Below are positions 31,960-35,277 of a stretch of 35,277 nt of DNA, piece by piece. The stretch is from Octopus sinensis (taxonomy: Eukaryota). The notes under the pieces were generated by a model, which saw only the letters and a program-made list of their open reading frames with translations, ran no database searches and was not told the DNA's origin. The stretch covers positions 1-35,277 of the forward strand of contig NW_021826272.1 in assembly GCF_006345805.1 (NCBI RefSeq), in the 5' to 3' direction. The first letter of the stretch is position 1. Each line of letters begins with the position of its first letter. Position numbers and translations under genes: made by a program.

Positions 31960-32260
31960 ACAGGCGAAACCTGAGAACTGGTCCATTTATACTGGCCATT
32001 CTCGCACAATTCACCCACCTTTCATAAAACTTGCTATCGGACAGCACTCTCCTCTCTAACCTCATCTTCCTTTTCAAGTGGAACTTGAAAAAGTTGATGA
32101 GGCCTTGACCAAAGAGGAAAGTGTCTGACTTTAGCCCTTTCAAACGGGTCCACCATACAACCTCTTTCGCCACAGCCACTAGGCACAGGAAAACTGCTTT
32201 GGCCTCCTGGTTAAAGGAGGTCAGCGGGGCAATCCTCACTATGGATTCAGCTGATAGGGC
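31960..32260 (-). mobile_element. L1/Tx1-like LINE ORF2 C-terminal fragment
   Basis: KEVVWWTRLKGL...LINFFKFHLKRKMRLERRVL in ORF 31958-32455 resembles Tx1-group C-termini (recall). Confidence 0.6.
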
Positions 32261-32590
32261 ACTGGCAGAGTGGGAGTGCGGAGTGGGAGTGCGTGCATAA
32301 TAATAGATACTGTTCCTACAACTACTACTACTACTACTACTACAGATAACAACTGGTCCTCCTGCCTTCACCATCACTCCTATCTTAATCTTACTCATTA
32401 AGTGTGGGTGCGGGGGGGGGGGGGCAGGACCCATTGTTCTGAAGACAGCTGTCACCCTTATAACCTCTCCCCTCTACAGCTATACAACTCCCCCACCCCA
32501 CCACCCCCTCTGGCAAGGTGATGTGTGTGGTGTGTGTGTGTTAAAAAGTTGTCTCAACAGATTTTTTTGTAAATTCATATGTGCATATGT

Positions 32591-32630
<40 letters not shown>

Positions 32631-32751
32631 ATATATATGTGTGTGTGTGTATATATATGTATGTGTGTGTGTATACAATTGAATGTGTGTATGTATATAA
32701 CAATTTTAAATGAATCTATATCTGTACACATGTGTGTTTGTGTGCATGTAT

Positions 32752-33147
32752 ACTCTTTTACTCTTTTACTCTTTTACTTGTTTCAGTCATTTTGACTGCG
32801 GCCATGCTGGAGCACCGCCTTTAGTCGAGCAAATCGACCCCAGGACTTATTCTTTTGTAATCCCAGTACTTATTCTATCAGTCTCTTTTGCCAAACCGCT
32901 AAGTAACGGGGGACATAAATATACCAGCATTGGTTGTCAAGCAATGCTAGGGGGACAAACACACACACACACATATATATGTGTATATACATATATACTA
33001 GGGGCTTCTTTCAGTTTCCGTCTACCAAATCCACTAAGAAGGCTTTGGTAGGCCTGAGGCTATAGCAGAAGACACTTGCCCAAGGTACCACGCAGTGGGA
33101 CTGAACCTGGAACCATGTGGTTGGAAGGCAAGCCTCTTACCATACAA
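32752..33147 (-). mobile_element. SINE family A
   Basis: Collinear with other A copies; (CTCTTTTA)n tail. Confidence 0.9.
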
Positions 33148-33241
33148 CCACTCCTGCACTACTGTGTATATATGTGTGTATATATATGTATATTTGTATG
33201 CATGTATAGTGTATCTTTATACATTTGTGTACACGTGTATG

Positions 33242-33283
<42 letters not shown>

Positions 33284-33550
33284 AAGATATGTATAGAGGG
33301 TAGTGAATATTCGTTATAAATCTCACCACCCGTGGCCTAGGATGTATAGTCAAGAGACAACATATTCGTATTTTAGAAAAGTGTACATTTAAACAGAAAA
33401 GAAAACTATTTTTTAACAGGTAATTTTTACATGCTAGAAATAGCAGCCAACATGGCCAAAACCACGATTTAATAGCAATTTTCGAAGGAATTGAAAATAA
33501 AAACTTTTACCTCATTATTCATTATCGGTTATACCAATGTTTCAAAATTA

Positions 33551-33580
<30 letters not shown>

Positions 33581-33582
<2 letters not shown>

Positions 33583-33980
33583 GGCGCAGGAGTGGCTGTG
33601 TGGTAAGTAGCTTGCTAACCAACCTCATGGTTCCTGGTTCAGTCCCACTGCGTGGCACCTTGGGCAAGTGTCTTCTGCTATAGCCTCTGGCCGACTAAAG
33701 CCTTGTGAGTGGATTTGGTAGACGGAAACTGAAAGAAGCCTGTCGTATATATGTATATATATATATATATATGTCTGTGTGTGTTTGTGTGTCTGTGTTT
33801 GTCCCCCTAGCATTGCTTGACAACCAATGCTGGTGTGTTTACATACCCGTCACTTAGCGGTTCGGCAAAAGAGACAGATAGAATAAGTACTAGGCTTACA
33901 AAGAATAAGTCCTCGACTAAAGGCGGTGCTCCAGCATGGCCGCAGTCAAATGACTGAAACAAGTAAAAGAGTAAAGAGAG
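33581..33980 (+). mobile_element. SINE family A
   Basis: AGGCGCAGGAGTGGCTGTGTGG head; AAGAGTA tail; small internal deletion near 33912. Confidence 0.9.
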
Positions 33981-34013
<33 letters not shown>

Positions 34014-34160
34014 CTACACTGATCCTTCAACAGAAAGGAATTTTTCCCCCCCTGACGAGACGCAGTGATTCCCTTTCTCAAGGGTTCAAACCTGCCTCAG
34101 GCCTATTTCGACCAGTAACGAATTAATATTTATACACTCAACTGCTTAGCACTTTTATAC

Positions 34161-34193
<33 letters not shown>

Positions 34194-34675
34194 GATGTGG
34201 CAGGTGTCACTGCGGCAGGTGTGACCCCTTACGCAGACAAATCCGTGGCACGTGCATCTTTTTTAATGCTCTTGCCCCCCATCTGCCACTCATTGTCTTA
34301 TATGCGTGTATAGCCTACATATATACACACACACACACACATATATATATACATATATATATACACCTGTGCTCGTATACACACAGACGTACCTGTGTGT
34401 TCTTTGTTTGGCCTCACAGACTGTGAGTATCGTCTGAGAGAAAGAGAAGAGTTTTTTTAATTTGTCTGCCCTCATTTGGTAACGACCTGACTTGATATTC
34501 ACCTCTCCTCAGTCTGTTTGCTGTGTAGGAGCTACTACTACTCCTGGATTTATACTCAGTTTGGCTGTCTTGATACTCCTTTTCACTGCCATAGAGTAAA
34601 TGAAACACTTATTGCTTACTACGGAGTATATAGTTTTCATTTACCTGGATACTCCTGCATTGTTTCCTGGTTTCA

Positions 34676-35125
34676 TAAACAGTTTTACTCTTTCAACTCC
34701 TGGATTCCTACACATTTTGCTGTAATTTTACTCATCACATTGCAAGAGAGTATCGTTTATTTACTCCTAATTGAAAAACTCCTGGTGATTGTTACCTAAA
34801 TACTCCCGAATTGATAAAGAGTTTTACTCTTTCAACTCCTTGATTCCTACACATTTTGCTGTAATTTTACTCATTGCTTTGTGAGAGAGTATCGCTTATT
34901 TACTCCTAATTGAAAAACTCCTGGTGATTATTACCTAAATACTCCCGCATTGATAAAGAGTTTTACTGTTTCAACTCCTGGATTCCTACACATTTTGCTA
35001 TGATTTTACTCATTGCTTTGTGAGAGAGTATCGCTTATTTACTCCTAATTGAAAAACTCCTGGTGATTATTACCTAAATACTCCCGCATTGATGAAGAGT
35101 TTTACTGTTTCAACTCCTGGATTCC
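34676..35125. repeat. 139-bp tandem repeat, about 3.2 units, in a TACTCC-rich zone
   Basis: AGTTTTACT(C/G)TTTCAACTCC recurs at 34681, 34820, 34959 and 35098. Confidence 0.93.
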
Positions 35126-35277
35126 TTCAGTTTGCTGTGTGTTATTTTTTACTCATTAAGAGAGTACTCACGGTGTAGATACTCCAAGATTGCTAACCCA
35201 TACTCCTGTAATACTGATAAGGACTAGTTACTCCTTCACTAGGTGACGGTACTCCCTTTTTCATTGATCAATACACA

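Overview
AT-rich, repeat-dominated, apparently non-coding animal genomic DNA (intron or intergenic). From my recall of its SINE families and microsatellite style it is most likely Octopus or another coleoid cephalopod; this is inference, not a database result. No intact host protein-coding gene is recognisable, and almost all listed ORFs are microsatellite or SINE artefacts. Supported content: three SINE families (A, B, C; more than 30 copies or fragments; A and C carry clear pol III A/B boxes), RTE-clade LINE 3' ends and their orphan 3'UTRs, CR1/L2-like and L1/Tx1-like fragments, an internally deleted pogo/Tigger transposase, mariner-type and piggyBac-type MITEs, a non-autonomous Helitron, dispersed 150-bp and local 139-bp tandem arrays, and many microsatellites. 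The most notable signal is a complete type I hammerhead ribozyme fold (19238-19320, +) with a palindromic stem III, inside a ~210-bp foldback. Several degenerate hammerhead-like motifs occur elsewhere, pointing to multiple Penelope-like/retrozyme-type families. Element boundaries were read by eye and may be off by a few bases.
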